DNA from: Octopus sinensis
Taxonomy: Eukaryota
Assembly (NCBI RefSeq): GCF_006345805.1
Contig: NC_043000.1
Location: 41,850,001-41,914,000, forward strand
Direction: 5' to 3'
DNA length: 64,000 nt
Shown here in pieces: positions 12,270-24,742 of this stretch. How positions within the stretch are numbered: the stretch's first letter is position 1; the number at the start of each line of letters is the position of its first letter. The notes under the pieces are model-generated. The model did no database searches. It had not been told where the DNA came from and saw nothing but the letters and a program-made list of their open reading frames with translations. The position numbers and the translations under genes were made by a program.

Positions 12270-12604
12270 GGCGCAGGAGTGGTTGTGTGGCAAGTAGCTT
12301 GTTTACCCCTCACATGGTCCTGGGTTCAGTCACACTGCGTGACACCTTGTGCAAATGTCTTCTACTATAGCCTCGGACCGACCAAAGCCTTGTGAATAGA
12401 TTTGGTAGACGGAAACTGAAAGAAACCCGTCGTATATGTATATATATTTGTGTGTGTGTGTCTGTATGTGTATATGTTTGTGTGTCTGTGTTTGCCGCCT
12501 CAAACAAGTACTAGGCTTACAAACAATAAGCTCTGGGGTTCGATGTGCTCGGCTAAAGGTGGTGCTCTAGCATGGCAACAGTCAAATGACGGAAACAAGT
12601 AAAA

Positions 12605-12606
<2 letters not shown>
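12270..12606 (+). mobile_element. tRNA/CORE SINE, family B
   Basis: GGCGCAGGAGTGGTTGTGTGG head, GGGTTCAGTC B box, CORE-like gacaccttgtgcaaatgtcttc, and tail gtcaaatgacggaaacaagtaaaaga shared with other copies. Confidence 0.85.
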
Positions 12607-12660
<54 letters not shown>

Positions 12661-12724
12661 CATACATACATATACATATACATGTATATATGTATATATA
12701 TATATATATATATGTATGTATATA

Positions 12725-14095
12725 CAGGCATACCTCGGCTTAAGTCGTTTCGATTTAAGTTGTTCTCGATTATACGTTGGTTTTCAAAAATTAATATTTG
12801 GAAATTAAGTCATTTTACGTCTGCCCACCACAAATACTGGAATCGTTAAATCAATAGAAAACCGTTAGAAGCACATAAAATCATGTTACTGTACAATAAA
12901 TAAGAATAAATGCATATAAAATGTTAAGATACACACCATAAAGTAGAGTAGCTTAGTGAACGAAATCATGAAATCAGCTGTGTTGTCTTATTAATCGGAT
13001 TTTCAGTGCTCATATTGCACTGTAGTTCCAGTATCTACCGTTAGGCGCCGTTGTCACTCGTGATTCCCGCAATTATTTTAAATTCAAATTTATTTGCGTA
13101 TGTTTATCGGCTGCTGTCTCATTCTCATTCATTTTTTACTTTAATTTTTGCTCCCATGGCTTCTAAGAAAATTCATAAGCTTCATGCTATAACGCTGGAA
13201 GATAAACTGATTTTATGGGGTTTGATAATGTTGCCATCAACAAAACGCTGTTGACTACGAGCAAAGAACTGGAAAAGGATTTGGAGGAGGAGGATTTCAC
13301 AGATTTATTTTAAAAAGACAAGCAGCCCTTAACAAAGAGGATTTGATTGAGCTTCCCGAGCAGCAAAATAAAGAAGAAGAGCCAGTCGTATTTGCATATA
13401 TTGAAAAAGTTCTTTTTATATTCGAAGATATGGATCCAAATGATCAACGTTTTCCCAAAATTATGGGGGCTTGTCACAAAGATTTTGCTCCTTATAATGT
13501 ACTCCTTGAGGAAAAGAAGAAGACAGTTCCAGGAACTCTCAACCGGTTTTTAAGCGCATCGAACAAGAACAACCAGAGTCAGTTGTTGATGTTGATGATC
13601 CTAGCCATCTACATCCACGATGTAAACCGCCAATTGTATGTACGTATTGGTAAATTTAGAATAATTTAGTGTTTTTACTATTGCAAAATAATAATAATTA
13701 CTGAATTACTTTTTTAAGCTTAAAAAAAAGCTTTTATTTTACCATATCATATTGCAAACTGCATTCCTAAACAAAGCGTCCGCGATGTACAGTAAACACC
13801 ACCAAATTGTATTCGTAAATTTAAATTCCTTTTTTTTACTGTACAGTATTAAAAAATTTTAAAAAATATTTGTTTGTAAGCTTAAAATAGGTTTTTATTA
13901 ACCATGTATTATTGAAATTGAAAATGCATTCATAAATAAAGTACAAAACTGGGAATGGTTATCATCGGTTTAGCCTAGAGCCAAGTAAATTCGGCCTAAA
14001 ACTAGCCAAGACACAAGTTAATTCGACTTAAGTCGTTTTTCGATTTAAGTCGTGTCTCCTCGAACCAATTAACGACGTAGGGTAAGGTATACCTG
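12725..14095 (+). mobile_element. Tigger/pogo-like DNA transposon, internally deleted
   Basis: Imperfect TIRs CAGGCATACCT...GTCGTT / AACGAC...AGGTATACCTG, TA on the left. ATG at 13156 gives MASKKIHKLHAITLEDKL, directly followed by C-terminal-type LTKEDLIEL...FEDMDPNDQRF...EEKKK; DDE domain absent. Confidence 0.75.
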
Positions 14096-14190
14096 CATAT
14101 ATATGTAATATTGCGTATATATGTATCATATTACATACATGCGTTAGATTCATGTGTAAAATAAAATGTCCTCAATATAAATACGCACAT

Positions 14191-14600
14191 GAAGGTGGTG
14201 AGCTGGCAGAACTGTTAGCAGGCCGGGCGAAATGCTCAGCGGTATTTCGACTGTCGTTACGTTCTGAGTTCAAATTCTGCCGAGCTCGACTTTGCCTTTC
14301 ATCCTTTCGAGGTCGATAAATTAAGTACCAGTTATGCACTGGGGTTGAAGTAATCGACTTAATCGTTAATCTTGTCCACTTGCGTATTTTCTGCTGGTTT
14401 AAAATACATTGCGACGTTATTTGATGTCCAATATTTAGCTGATATCTGCATAGTAGTACACCTGAAGGTTCAAAGGAATTTTAAAATTCTGCTGGATATT
14501 GAACTATTTCTTGCGGATCAAAAATATGTACCCCTTTGTAGGCATGACATTGTTTGTCCCCTCTGTGTTTAGCCCCTTGTGGGTAGTAAAGAAATAGATA
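14191..14600 (+). mobile_element. Family A SINE interrupted by a 183-bp insert (14367-14549)
   Basis: Body matches 389-626 up to gacttaatcgt and resumes at ttgtttgtcccctctgtg at 14550. Confidence 0.8.
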
Positions 14601-14604
14601 TTGC

Positions 14605-14760
14605 GTCTGTGTTTACGTTCTAAGTTCAAATTCCTCAGAGGTCGATTTGCCTCTCATGTTTTCGGGGTCGAAAAATTAAGTACCAGTTGCATACTGGGTC
14701 GATCTAATCGACTAGTCCCTCCCCCCAAATTTCGGGACTTGTGCCTACAGTAGAAAAGAA
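14605..14760 (+). mobile_element. Family A SINE, 5'-truncated
   Basis: ttacgttctaagttcaaattcc...aattaagtaccagtt...cttgtgcctacagtagaaaagaa. Confidence 0.75.
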
Positions 14761-15230
14761 ATACATGTAAAATATATGTAATTTGATATGCATATATGTA
14801 TGTATGTACGTATGTATATATGAGTTATGTATTTGAGGATTCACTCAGAATCGCATCGCTTAATGTGTCGGAGAGGTGAGAAATAACACTCTTGTTTGGT
14901 GAAACTGTTAATATATATTCATAACTCTAACAAATGTGATTAGAGCTCTTTTCTTTTGTTTGAAAGCATATCCTTAATCTTTCTGTTGGTTTTTATGCGA
15001 GTGTCCGTATACAACTGTAATGCGCCAGACGCAGCACTCGGTCACGAGAAGAAGTGATGTCGATATATAAGTCAGTTCGGTGTTCGTACCTAACCTTACA
15101 TATGGTTAGGTATCTTGGTTAATGACCAGAAGGATACGATCGCGAATACAAGCGGCCGAAATGGGGTTCCATCGAAGTGTCTTTAGAGTGAACATTAAGC
15201 GATAGAGTGGGCACCTCGGAGACCAGGGAG

Positions 15231-15386
15231 GCGCGCCCGCGCAACCACGTGCATGCGCCTAAAGGTATACATTCATCCACCCTTACTTACATTTGGCGAA
15301 TGGTGCGAGTGAGGATGTGTACGTTTTCAAGTGAAGGTGGATGACTGTATACCTTTAGGCGCACGCACGTGGGTGTGCGGGCGCGC
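15231..15386. mobile_element. MITE-like inverted repeat with ~54-bp imperfect arms
   Basis: GCGCGCCCGCGCAACCACGTGCATGCGCCTAAAGGTATACATTCATCCACC versus the reverse complement of about 15334-15386, with a few mismatches; no clear TSD. Confidence 0.65.
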
Positions 15387-15529
15387 ATGTGTAGGTATGA
15401 ACATACACGCTTACGCGAATACTATGAACTTACTTTTACTCCCTTCCCTCACTTAGCAGTCATTCAAATAGCTCTTTTGTACACAGTTATTTCCCTTTGT
15501 ATAACGGTCATTTTTCATAGCATTTTTCC

Positions 15530-15608
15530 GGTGGCCGGATAACTGAAGAGATGGCGGCGTGGATTTCCACCTCGGCATCCGAAACTCGGCGTTTTATCAT
15601 GGCTACCG
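15530..15608 (+). ncRNA. Type I hammerhead ribozyme-like motif with extended stems
   Basis: GATAA-CTGAAGA-GATG g CGG c GTGG(attt)CCAC c TCG g CATC-c-GAAA-C(tcggc)G-T-T-TTATC; stem I extends via GGTGGCC/GGCTACC. One bulged C before GAAA, 2-bp stem III, GUU triplet. Confidence 0.65.
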
Positions 15609-15648
15609 AATAATTGTCACACACACACACACACACACACACGCATAT

Positions 15649-15695
<47 letters not shown>

Positions 15696-16016
15696 GTGTG
15701 TGTTTGTATGCATGTATGTACCTGCATACAGTGTCGTTTCAGCACATCTAACATTTGAAATGTTTTAGTTTTTATTAACAGAGGCTTAAATAAATAGATT
15801 ACGTGTGCTTTCAATTTTTGTGCATCCTACGTAAATTGTCTATTATCGAAAACATTCTTGAATATGCAGCTCACCCCCAGAAAAAAGTATTCACGCTGAA
15901 ATGTAGGATAAGTTTCTTAAACATTAATTTTGTCCACTTGCGTAATTTCTGCTGGTTTAAAGTACTTTACAACGTTATTTGATGTCCAATATTTAGCTGA
16001 AATCTGCATAGTAGTC

Positions 16017-16416
16017 AAATAAACTTAAAGATTAGAAAACTAAAGTGCAATTCGAGTGAGATGTGAAAGCAGAAGGTTGAGAGAAAGAGCCGGTCAGTAG
16101 TACAGCAAAACATTCAGTTCATTATGTTCATTGTTTCTGTTCTTCTACTAATAATATTGACTTCAAATTTTGGCACAAGGCCAGCCATTTTAGAATAGGT
16201 GGGTAAGCCGATAACATCGACCCCAACCCCGAAAGAATGAAAATTAAAGTCGACCTCAGCGGAATTTGAACTCGGAAATGTGAAGACAAGAAATGCCGCC
16301 AAGAATTTCGCCCGGCGAGCTAAAGATTCTTATTTCTTTATTACTCTTTCTCTCAACCTTCTGCTTTCACATCTCACTCGAATTGCACTTTAGTTTTCTA
16401 ATCTTTAAGTTTATTT
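16017..16416. repeat. Perfect 73-bp inverted repeat (16017-16089 / 16344-16416) with a 254-bp spacer
   Basis: The arms are exact reverse complements: AAATAAACTTAAAGATTAG...GTTGAGAGAAAGAG. Confidence 0.9.
16158..16330 (-). mobile_element. Family A SINE inside the inverted-repeat spacer
   Basis: aaagtcgacctcagcggaatttgaactc...tttcgcccggcgagctaaagattct is the reverse complement of the family A head and body. Confidence 0.75.
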
Positions 16417-16949
16417 TAGTTGTTTCAGTCACTATAGTGAAACCCTGCTGGAGCACTACCTTATAACTTAATTGTTATCGATGAAACAAATAATAAGCTT
16501 TTGAATTTTGTGGTCTTGTGCCAACTTACAGGGTCTCCACACAAACAGACATGTAAGAAAAAGAAAATGCCTAACTGTCTTTGTCTCTTTAGTTCAATTT
16601 TGCTATTTCTTTCTTTCTGTCAGGCTTTCTCGTTCTTTCATTGAATGCGAATAGATGAAAGCTCTCCTTAGAAGCTATTAAGAATTGTGAGTTGAACAAA
16701 TGGTGAATAGATGGAACAAATAAGCCAACAAAACATACCGCTTCAGAAACTCTCACACATAAATCGTCCATGTCTTTTTGTTTCCTTTTAACTCCACGGA
16801 AGAATATTATTTTCATTATTATTATTATTATTATAAACCGGTTGAAAGTGACTACAAGTCAGCATTTTTATTGTAAACAAACAAGCTTGAAAAAGGAAAG
16901 AATCTCTTGAGGTGTTTCTACTGAGTTGTTTGTTTGTTTATATTTACGC

Positions 16950-16950
<1 letters not shown>

Positions 16951-17024
<74 letters not shown>
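16951..17024. repeat. (ATT)n microsatellite
   Basis: Pure trinucleotide run of about 24 units. Confidence 0.95.
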
Positions 17025-19171
17025 CGAATTCACTCAGAAACATAAAGGGTTCAATGCCAGAAATTTAAACAAATATATAGATACACAAGTACACATATTA
17101 TCTACACAATAAACATTCGGGTTCAAACGCATAAAAACGTATGTCGTGTGTGTATGTAGGAAAGGTGCTTGTGTGTATATACACACTCAAACACACACAT
17201 ACACACACACACTCACGCACACTCACACATACATATACATATATACATGTATATATGTGCATGTCTATGTAGTTTAATGCATTCGCTTCGCGGCTACACG
17301 GTTTCTGGTTCGGTCCTACTGCCTGCCACCTAGTGCAAGTATTTTCTCGTGTATCTTAGGGTTGACCAACGCTTCGTTCGTGAACGAAAACTTGTATGTA
17401 TGTATGTATGTATGTATGTATGTATGTATGTATGTATGTATGTATGTATGTATGCATGTATGTATGCATCTATCTATCTATCTATCATCTATCTATCTCT
17501 CTTTCTATCTTTTTATGTACTATAACTGCTTAGAAAAACATCTAATTATACTATACCTGTACTGTACCTATGAACAAGAAAAATAAATAGAATGAGTAAT
17601 TTCTAATTCAAATAAGACAATTGCAAGGATCAATACATTAACGATGGGGTGATATACATTTTATATAAGAACAAAATTCCACCCATCAGCTGCCAACTGA
17701 ATATTCTTATGTTTTCGACATCTTAAAGCAGAACCGCTCTTTCTGATGAGGTCAAACAGCGTTAAAATGTATTGTTTGATTCTATTTGGTGATGTGCAAG
17801 CATGTTGTACCCTGAATATATAAACCGAAAGCATTAACATGTAAAAGGAAATCTAAAACACATAAGTTAAACAATTAAAAATAAAACGCGTGAAACATAC
17901 CGTGATTTACAAAAAGAGTGAAACACTAATGAATTTAAAGAAAAAAGTGTTGAAACGAATACGTTTTTGACCAGATTTTTTGGCTAAGTTTGAAGAGTTG
18001 ACTATTAATTAGATGTGACGTGTAAGGGGCCCTGAAGCAAGTCACAATTGAAAGAACTGTATCAATTGCAAAACCTGAAATGAAGAACTGTGAACAATAC
18101 CTATAATTACTCAGTATATGCATCAAAACACAGATCCTAGTAATATAACTCGGAAGCGCTTGTATAATTTTTACAGTCACTTTTTATCTCATTCCTCATG
18201 GGTAACTTGTATCCATCATTTAACTCGTACATCCGGTAATGAAACCCTGGCTTGGGAGTTTTAGAGTTCTGAGGAGTGTAGAATTACCTCTTAGTCACTA
18301 TTGCTCTCCGGTGTATTCTAACTAGGAGTAGTAGAATTTGCCTACTTGTGTATGTTAAGACTGGATCCAGTGGAATTTACAGGAAGAAAAGACTGTCATG
18401 GTTCAACAAATGGCAAGGTGGTTGCAGCGACACATTGTGGGGTACAGGAATTAAAATGCATATCTCCATCCCCAGTTGTCTTGATCTGGTCATCCCCATG
18501 AACTGAAGATGGTCGCGTGTGAGAGAAAGTTACTGTGCAGGATATCATTTACTCTAGCTGGTCCTCTCACCCCAACGGGCGACCATGATCCCTCTATCTT
18601 TGACTATGTGGCGTTCATCACAGTATTGTTTCATCACAGTATTGTATTTTAGTGCTGAATATTTATTTCTAATCAGGTAACTTAATGTAATTTAAAGCTA
18701 AATATATTGAAACGATCATTCGTTAAAATGATTCACACCTGTTTTTTACAACTTCGAAATGTAGATTCTGAAGAGTTGTGCACTGGTAAGTTATAACCAC
18801 TTAAAGACGTGGTAATATAATGAAATATACAGACAACGTCTGGCTTGTGTAAGGAATTGGCTATAATGTATTTTGTATCCCATAATTATGTTACAGATTA
18901 TCAATGCATTTTTGATAATCAGCTTGGACATCCATAACATTATGTTTGCTTAAATTGTACACAGAAATATATAGTAATAATGATGCGGAGGGAATTAATT
19001 TCCTGATCATATGATACATTATACACATGATAATCATTAGACCATGAATCGTTGAACTGCTTCCTGTGAAAACCAACAGTAGTTCACCTTTACGCGACGC
19101 AGATAGAAAATTCTAGACTTGTAACCCCACAATATATAAATATTTATATATACATACATATGTATATATAA

Positions 19172-19218
<47 letters not shown>

Positions 19219-19223
19219 ATATG

Positions 19224-19300
<77 letters not shown>

Positions 19301-19303
<3 letters not shown>

Positions 19304-19463
19304 GCTTATTTTGATTATAATCACCCCACAAATTTTTATGGATAACACCATACAAAATTCTGGTGCATCTAAACTAAGTACCATATTCATTTGAATCTAA
19401 ATTTTTGCTGAACTTATATATGTATATATATATGTATATATATATTATATATACATACATATG

Positions 19464-19504
<41 letters not shown>

Positions 19505-19650
19505 TGTGTGTGTGTGTGTGTGTGTGTGTTGCTTATTTTGATTATAATCACCCCACAAATTTTTATGGATAACACCATACAAAATTCTGGTGCATCTAAA
19601 CTAAGTACCATATTCATTTGAATCTAAATTTTTGCTGAACTTATATATGT
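19301..19650. repeat. Local tandem duplication of a ~230-bp unit (120-bp unique block plus TA/TG microsatellites)
   Basis: gttgcttattttgattataatcaccccac...tttttgctgaacttatatatg occurs identically at about 19301 and 19528. Confidence 0.85.
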
Positions 19651-19719
19651 ATATATATATGTATATATATATTTATATATACATACATATGTATATATAT
19701 ATATATATGTGTGTGTGTG

Positions 19720-19767
<48 letters not shown>

Positions 19768-20325
19768 TTATATATGCATACATACACACACACACACACA
19801 CATATATAGTTATATGGAGAATTATGGATGTATCAATAATTTATGTGTATGATATAATGAGGTTGAAAGATTTTTTTAATAAATACAATATAAATAAATT
19901 TAACTAAATGCATACGCATGATATATGCGATCAAACTTATTAAACTTATCAGTAATTCGTCTGCATCCTTTTAAGAAATATGTTAACCTTGGTACTACAA
20001 GCTCATAAAGCCCTGATGAGATTCAGTCCCATATAGTTGAAAATGATGACCAATTCTTAGCATATGATCCTACTTAAATGCATATAATTACTAATCACCT
20101 AGTGGCATGAATCGAAACATTTATGTATGCATTTGGCATCAGCCATTTCTTTTAGAGCTTTATAGTTTACAATTTATTTGTATTGTGTTTATAAAAATTC
20201 TTATCAATCGCATTATATCATACATATGTGTTTTTGTACAATGTATCTTGTGCAGTTTTAAAACTAGTAGTTTCAACTCTGTATATAGTATAGATATTCT
20301 TGCAATATATGCATGATTTTCGTGC

Positions 20326-20373
<48 letters not shown>

Positions 20374-20383
20374 TATATATATA

Positions 20384-21652
20384 CGAGGGGCGTTCAATAA
20401 GTAATGCCTCTGACCCACTTGCAGTTGTTTGATCTAGCTGAAATTCTGCATGTGCACTTATTTATACCTCTATAGATTAAGTGGCAAATTACAGCTCTGA
20501 ACTGATTGTGGTTTCTGATTTACAGGTGTTTGAACTGAGTCAAGTGTGAAATGGAGCCTGTTGAGTGTCGAGCAGTGATCTGGTTTTTGTATTTGAAAGG
20601 ACGCACACCACGGGAGACTTTTGATGAAATGAAAGTAACTTATGGTGATGATGCCCCATCATATGACCTTGTAAAACGCTGGCATTGTGAATTCAAACAT
20701 AGTCGGAACTCTGTGGAAACAGCTTCCAGATCTGGTCGCCCCCTTCTGCCGTTGATGAGACGTCTGTCCGTCAAGTTGAGGCTGCCATTTTGGAAGGTCA
20801 ACGCATAACTATTCGCCAAATAGACCATAAGGTCAAGATTAGTACCGGGTCTGTGGAAACTATCATTCATGACCATTTGCATATGCAAAAGGTGTCTACC
20901 AGATGGATTTCCAGGTTGCTCACACCTTTCCAGAAGCAAGAACGCGTTGAGTGCTCGAGGATGAATTTGGAGATGTGCCAAGAAGATGAGACAAAATTTT
21001 TCAAAAGACTGATCACACAGGATAAAACCTGGGTCCATCACTACGATCCATAGACCAAAGCCCAGTCAATGCAGTGGAAGTACCGTGACTCACCTCCTCC
21101 AAAGAAGGCAAGGGTGCAGCCCTCCGCTGACAAGGTTATGCTCACAGTCTTCTGGGACCAGGACGGAGTAGTGATGACAGATTTCCTGGCAAAGGGTACC
21201 ACAATTACAGGAGCCTATTATGCTTCACTTTTGAGGAAATTAAGAGAAGCTATCAAAATCAAGAGGCTGGGCAAGATCAGCAAAGGCATCCTCCTCCTGC
21301 AGGACAACGCTCCGGTCCACAACCCGCGTGTCGCCAGATCAGAAGCACAGGCGTGCAGCTATGAACTCCTCCCCTTGCACCCTCTGATTTTCAACTCTTC
21401 CCAGCCATGAAGTTGATTTTGAAAGGAAAGCGTTTCCCAGATGATGCAGCCTAGATTTCTGAAGTCACGTCGTGGTTGGAGGACAAGCTGGGGTCTTCTA
21501 CAAAAACGGTCTCCAGAGCTGTATCAAACGATGGGAGAAATGCATAACTCTGGGTAGTTCCTATGTAGGAAAAGACTAATAACTGTGCCAAGTGTCGTTA
21601 CTCTACTGCTATGGAAAGTGGGTCAGGGGCATTACTTATTGAACGCCCCTCG
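20384..21652 (+). mobile_element. Full-length defective mariner (DD34D type), copy 1
   Basis: TA TSDs and TIR CGAGGGGCGTTCAATAAGTAATGCC(T/C)CTGACCCACT. Transposase motifs WISRLLT, ITQDKTWVHHYDP, LLQDNAPVH. TIR start resembles irritans/Hsmar2-like elements. Confidence 0.95.
20551..21579 (+). pseudogene. Mariner transposase pseudogene
   Basis: Frameshift near 20750, TAG after YDP at 21051-21053, deletion within the YSPDLAPSD region, later stops. Confidence 0.9.
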
Positions 21653-21670
21653 TATATATATATATATATA

Positions 21671-21965
21671 CTAGCAGTATCGCCCGGCGTTGCTCGGGTT
21701 TGTAAGGGAAATAACTATATAAGCATTTTTAGAGAGTTATAGCAAAAAAATAGCAAAAAAATGCATTAAAAATGGAAAAAAATTAAGGTAAATTTTTTTT
21801 TAATCGTAGACTCATCGTAGACGCGCGCTAATACCCAGAAGGGCTCGATATGAATCACGACTATAAGATACCCGCTTTTGGTTAAACTGCACCGCAAAAT
21901 GTGGGAGTAGTTACGAATCTAAATCGTAGGAGACAGACACACAACTTCACTTTTATATATAAAGA
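21671..21965 (-). mobile_element. Short non-autonomous Helitron (295 bp)
   Basis: Minus strand A|TCTTTATATATAAAAG ... hairpin ... CTAG|T: both canonical ends and an A|T target site. Confidence 0.9.
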
Positions 21966-22214
21966 TATAAGCCACGTAGTTATATACACATACTTTGTTA
22001 TATACACATTCTTAAAAGAAAATGTTATTTTGAACACAACATTTATAAAGAATAAAATATTTTTTGGTTTTTCTTTTAAAAGTGTCGTCTGTTTATACAT
22101 AAACACTGTTTCATACTGCAATTATATATACATATATCTATATATAAAATTATATAATAAAATATATACAGAATATGTGTATATATTTATGTATGTATAA
22201 ATATATACTGAAAG

Positions 22215-23088
22215 AAGCTCGGCTCGCCAATTAATACTACCAAAATTTAACGACAGAAAGTAAATTAAAAACCAATTTACCTTTTCTGTATTGTTATAGC
22301 AATTCGACCGTCGGTGTGTGTTTGCAAATGTGTTGGGATGAGAAGTGAGTTGTGTTTGGCGCCTTTTTTACTAATAACAAACACACACGTGTTTGTATGT
22401 AGTTGTTTGAAACGTTTGTGTTTGTCACTGTCATATATGTATGTGTATGCGTGTGTGTGAGGAATGACACACACACACTCACGCACGCACACATGTACAT
22501 CAATGCTTTCGGAGTGAAATGTTAAAATATTGAGTTTTCTCGAATTTTGTCTTAATTGGGGGTGAAATTGAAAGAAATTTTGTATGGCATGACCGAATGG
22601 AAGTACTTTGAAAAATCATAGGTAAAGTCTAATTGAAGAAATTGTGTGAGGAGTAAATCGTTATGTATTTATTTGTTTCTGTTTGCTGTGTTTTTTTTTA
22701 GTAGTGGTTTAAGGTACACTTCTCTCGTTTTATAGAAATAGTTTCACTTTAATCGTTGCACACTTGCAAAGAGACAGGAGGAGAAATTAGGGTGATAGCA
22801 TCAGTGAAGCAGATCGCTCCGTTTTTGTGTGTGTGTGTGTGTGGTGTGTGTGGTGTGTGTGCGTGTGCTGTAGCCCACACTAAGAAAAGCACTTGACTAA
22901 CACACCACAATGTGAGTTTTCTCTAAATTTTGCTTAATTGGGGTTGAAATTTTAAAAACTGGACCTGGCACGACCCGATTTATTCTACTCTTAAAAATGC
23001 TAGGTAAATTGTAATTGAAGAAATCCTATATTGTAGATTTCTATAAGAGACAAAGGGAGGCAGATAAAATCTGCCTTTTATAATAAGA
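22215..23088 (-). mobile_element. Helitron 5' portion, homologous to about 23880-24745
   Basis: Shares the gcaaattaatactaccaaaattt, catcaatgctttcggagtgaaatg and ggcagataaaatctgccttttataataaga blocks; its 5' TC abuts the CTAG at 23089. Confidence 0.75.
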
Positions 23089-24742
23089 CTAGCAGTATCG
23101 CCCGGCGTTGCTCGGGTTTGTTTCGACCCGCTGGAATTGTAATTTTGAAAAGTAAAAATTTTGTGAACATTTTTCTGGTCGAAATACACCGAAAAGTGGC
23201 GACACAGCAGTGAAAAAATCGTAAAAAATAGGGATTTTCATAGAAAAAAGCATCTTTTTGATGTAAATAATTTTTGGTGTTAACATGGTCCGATTTGAAT
23301 TTTATGTTCTACGAAGGAAGAGCAACCCTTCTTCTACCATACTCTCAATTTTGGTCAACTTGCGCCGCAGGGTCTCGGAGGAGATAGTGTTAGTTGAAGG
23401 TTACCATTCTAGGTACCTGAGTAACAACCTCGCGGATTTACAGATAAATGAATTAATTACTATTTTACAGAATAAAATTAAATAATTCTTGAAAATTAAT
23501 TAATATTAATATTTTTTGAACAAAGTAAATAATTTTTAAAACTTAAATAATAATTTTTTTTACACAAACGCGAACGGGGAAAAGGGGGTGGCGAATTCGA
23601 TTTACATACCTAAAGTTTTTCTTTTTCATGACATTGTAGCAAAATAGTAGTGAATTATATAAATACCAGCAGTACATTTTTTTTTCTGGGGTATTTTTTT
23701 TCAACCTCGTCACATATTTGCCCCTTTCAATTTAAACAAAGTCTTAATTAAGCAATTACGGCAGCTTAGCAATGGTTTCAATACAGGCGTGACATGTGTA
23801 TCTCACTTGTTCAAAACCCTTCGAATTTTTTCGCACGTGATGATATCATAGTGAAAACTTTCAATTACGCGCGCTTAGAAGTACGCTCGCAAATTAATAC
23901 TACCAAAATTTTGAAGTTCGCGCTCCGCTTGTGTGTGTGTGTGTGCGTGCTTTAGGTGTACGTAGGTATGTGTTTTTGTGTGTGTGTGTCACTGAAGCCA
24001 TACATACATATATACATACATAACCTCTCTCTCTCTTTTCTCTCTCAGTCACTCACTACAAAAAGTGAATAAAAAAAGTTCAGTTATTTCTGTCTTTCAC
24101 TCTGTCTGTCTCTTTACACACACTAACAAAAGCACTTCACTTACACACCACACTTTCTGTGTCGCACAACCCATCAAACACACACACACACACACTCACG
24201 CACGCACACATGTACATCAATGCTTTCGGAGTGAAATGTTAAAATATTGAGTTTTCTCGAATTTTGTCTTAATTGGGGGTGAAATTGAAAGAAATATATT
24301 ATGGCATGACCGAATGGAGTACTTTGAAAAATCTTAGGTAAACTCTAATTGAAGAAATTGTGTGAGGAGTAAATCGTTATGTATTTATTTGTTTCTGTTT
24401 GCTGTGTTTTTTTTATTTTTTGAGTAGTGGTTTAAATACTTTCAGTTTAGTCTTCCTCAAATCACTCTGTCGCTATTTACTTTCATTTTATTCGTTGCAC
24501 ACTGTGTGTGTGCGTGTGCGTGTGGTGTAAACCACATTAAGAAAAGCATTTGACATACACACCAGAATGTGAGTTTTCTGTAAATTTTGCTTAATTGGAG
24601 TTTAAATTTTAAAAACTGGACCTGGCATGACCCGATGCATTCTACTCTTAAAAATGCTAGGTAAATTGTAATTGAAGAAATCCTACATTGTAGATTTCTA
24701 TAAGTTACAAAGGGAGGCAGATAAAATCTGCCTTTTATAATA

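Noticed and set aside
17738-17767. TTT-CTGATGA-GGTCAAACAG-CGTT-AAA hammerhead-like relic
   Set aside because: GAAA is missing and stem II is broken; at most a dead relic.
18655-18720. CTGAATA...GAAACGATC resembling the CGATCG hammerhead class
   Set aside because: G8 is lost, the cleavage site is absent, and stem pairing is only AT-rich chance-level.
20010-20050. CTGATGA-GATT...AGTT-GAAA
   Set aside because: Weak stem II; no valid stem III, NUH triplet or stem I.
20640-21041. 133-aa antisense ORF (and its twin at 27689-28090)
   Set aside because: Shadow frame of the mariner transposase pseudogene.
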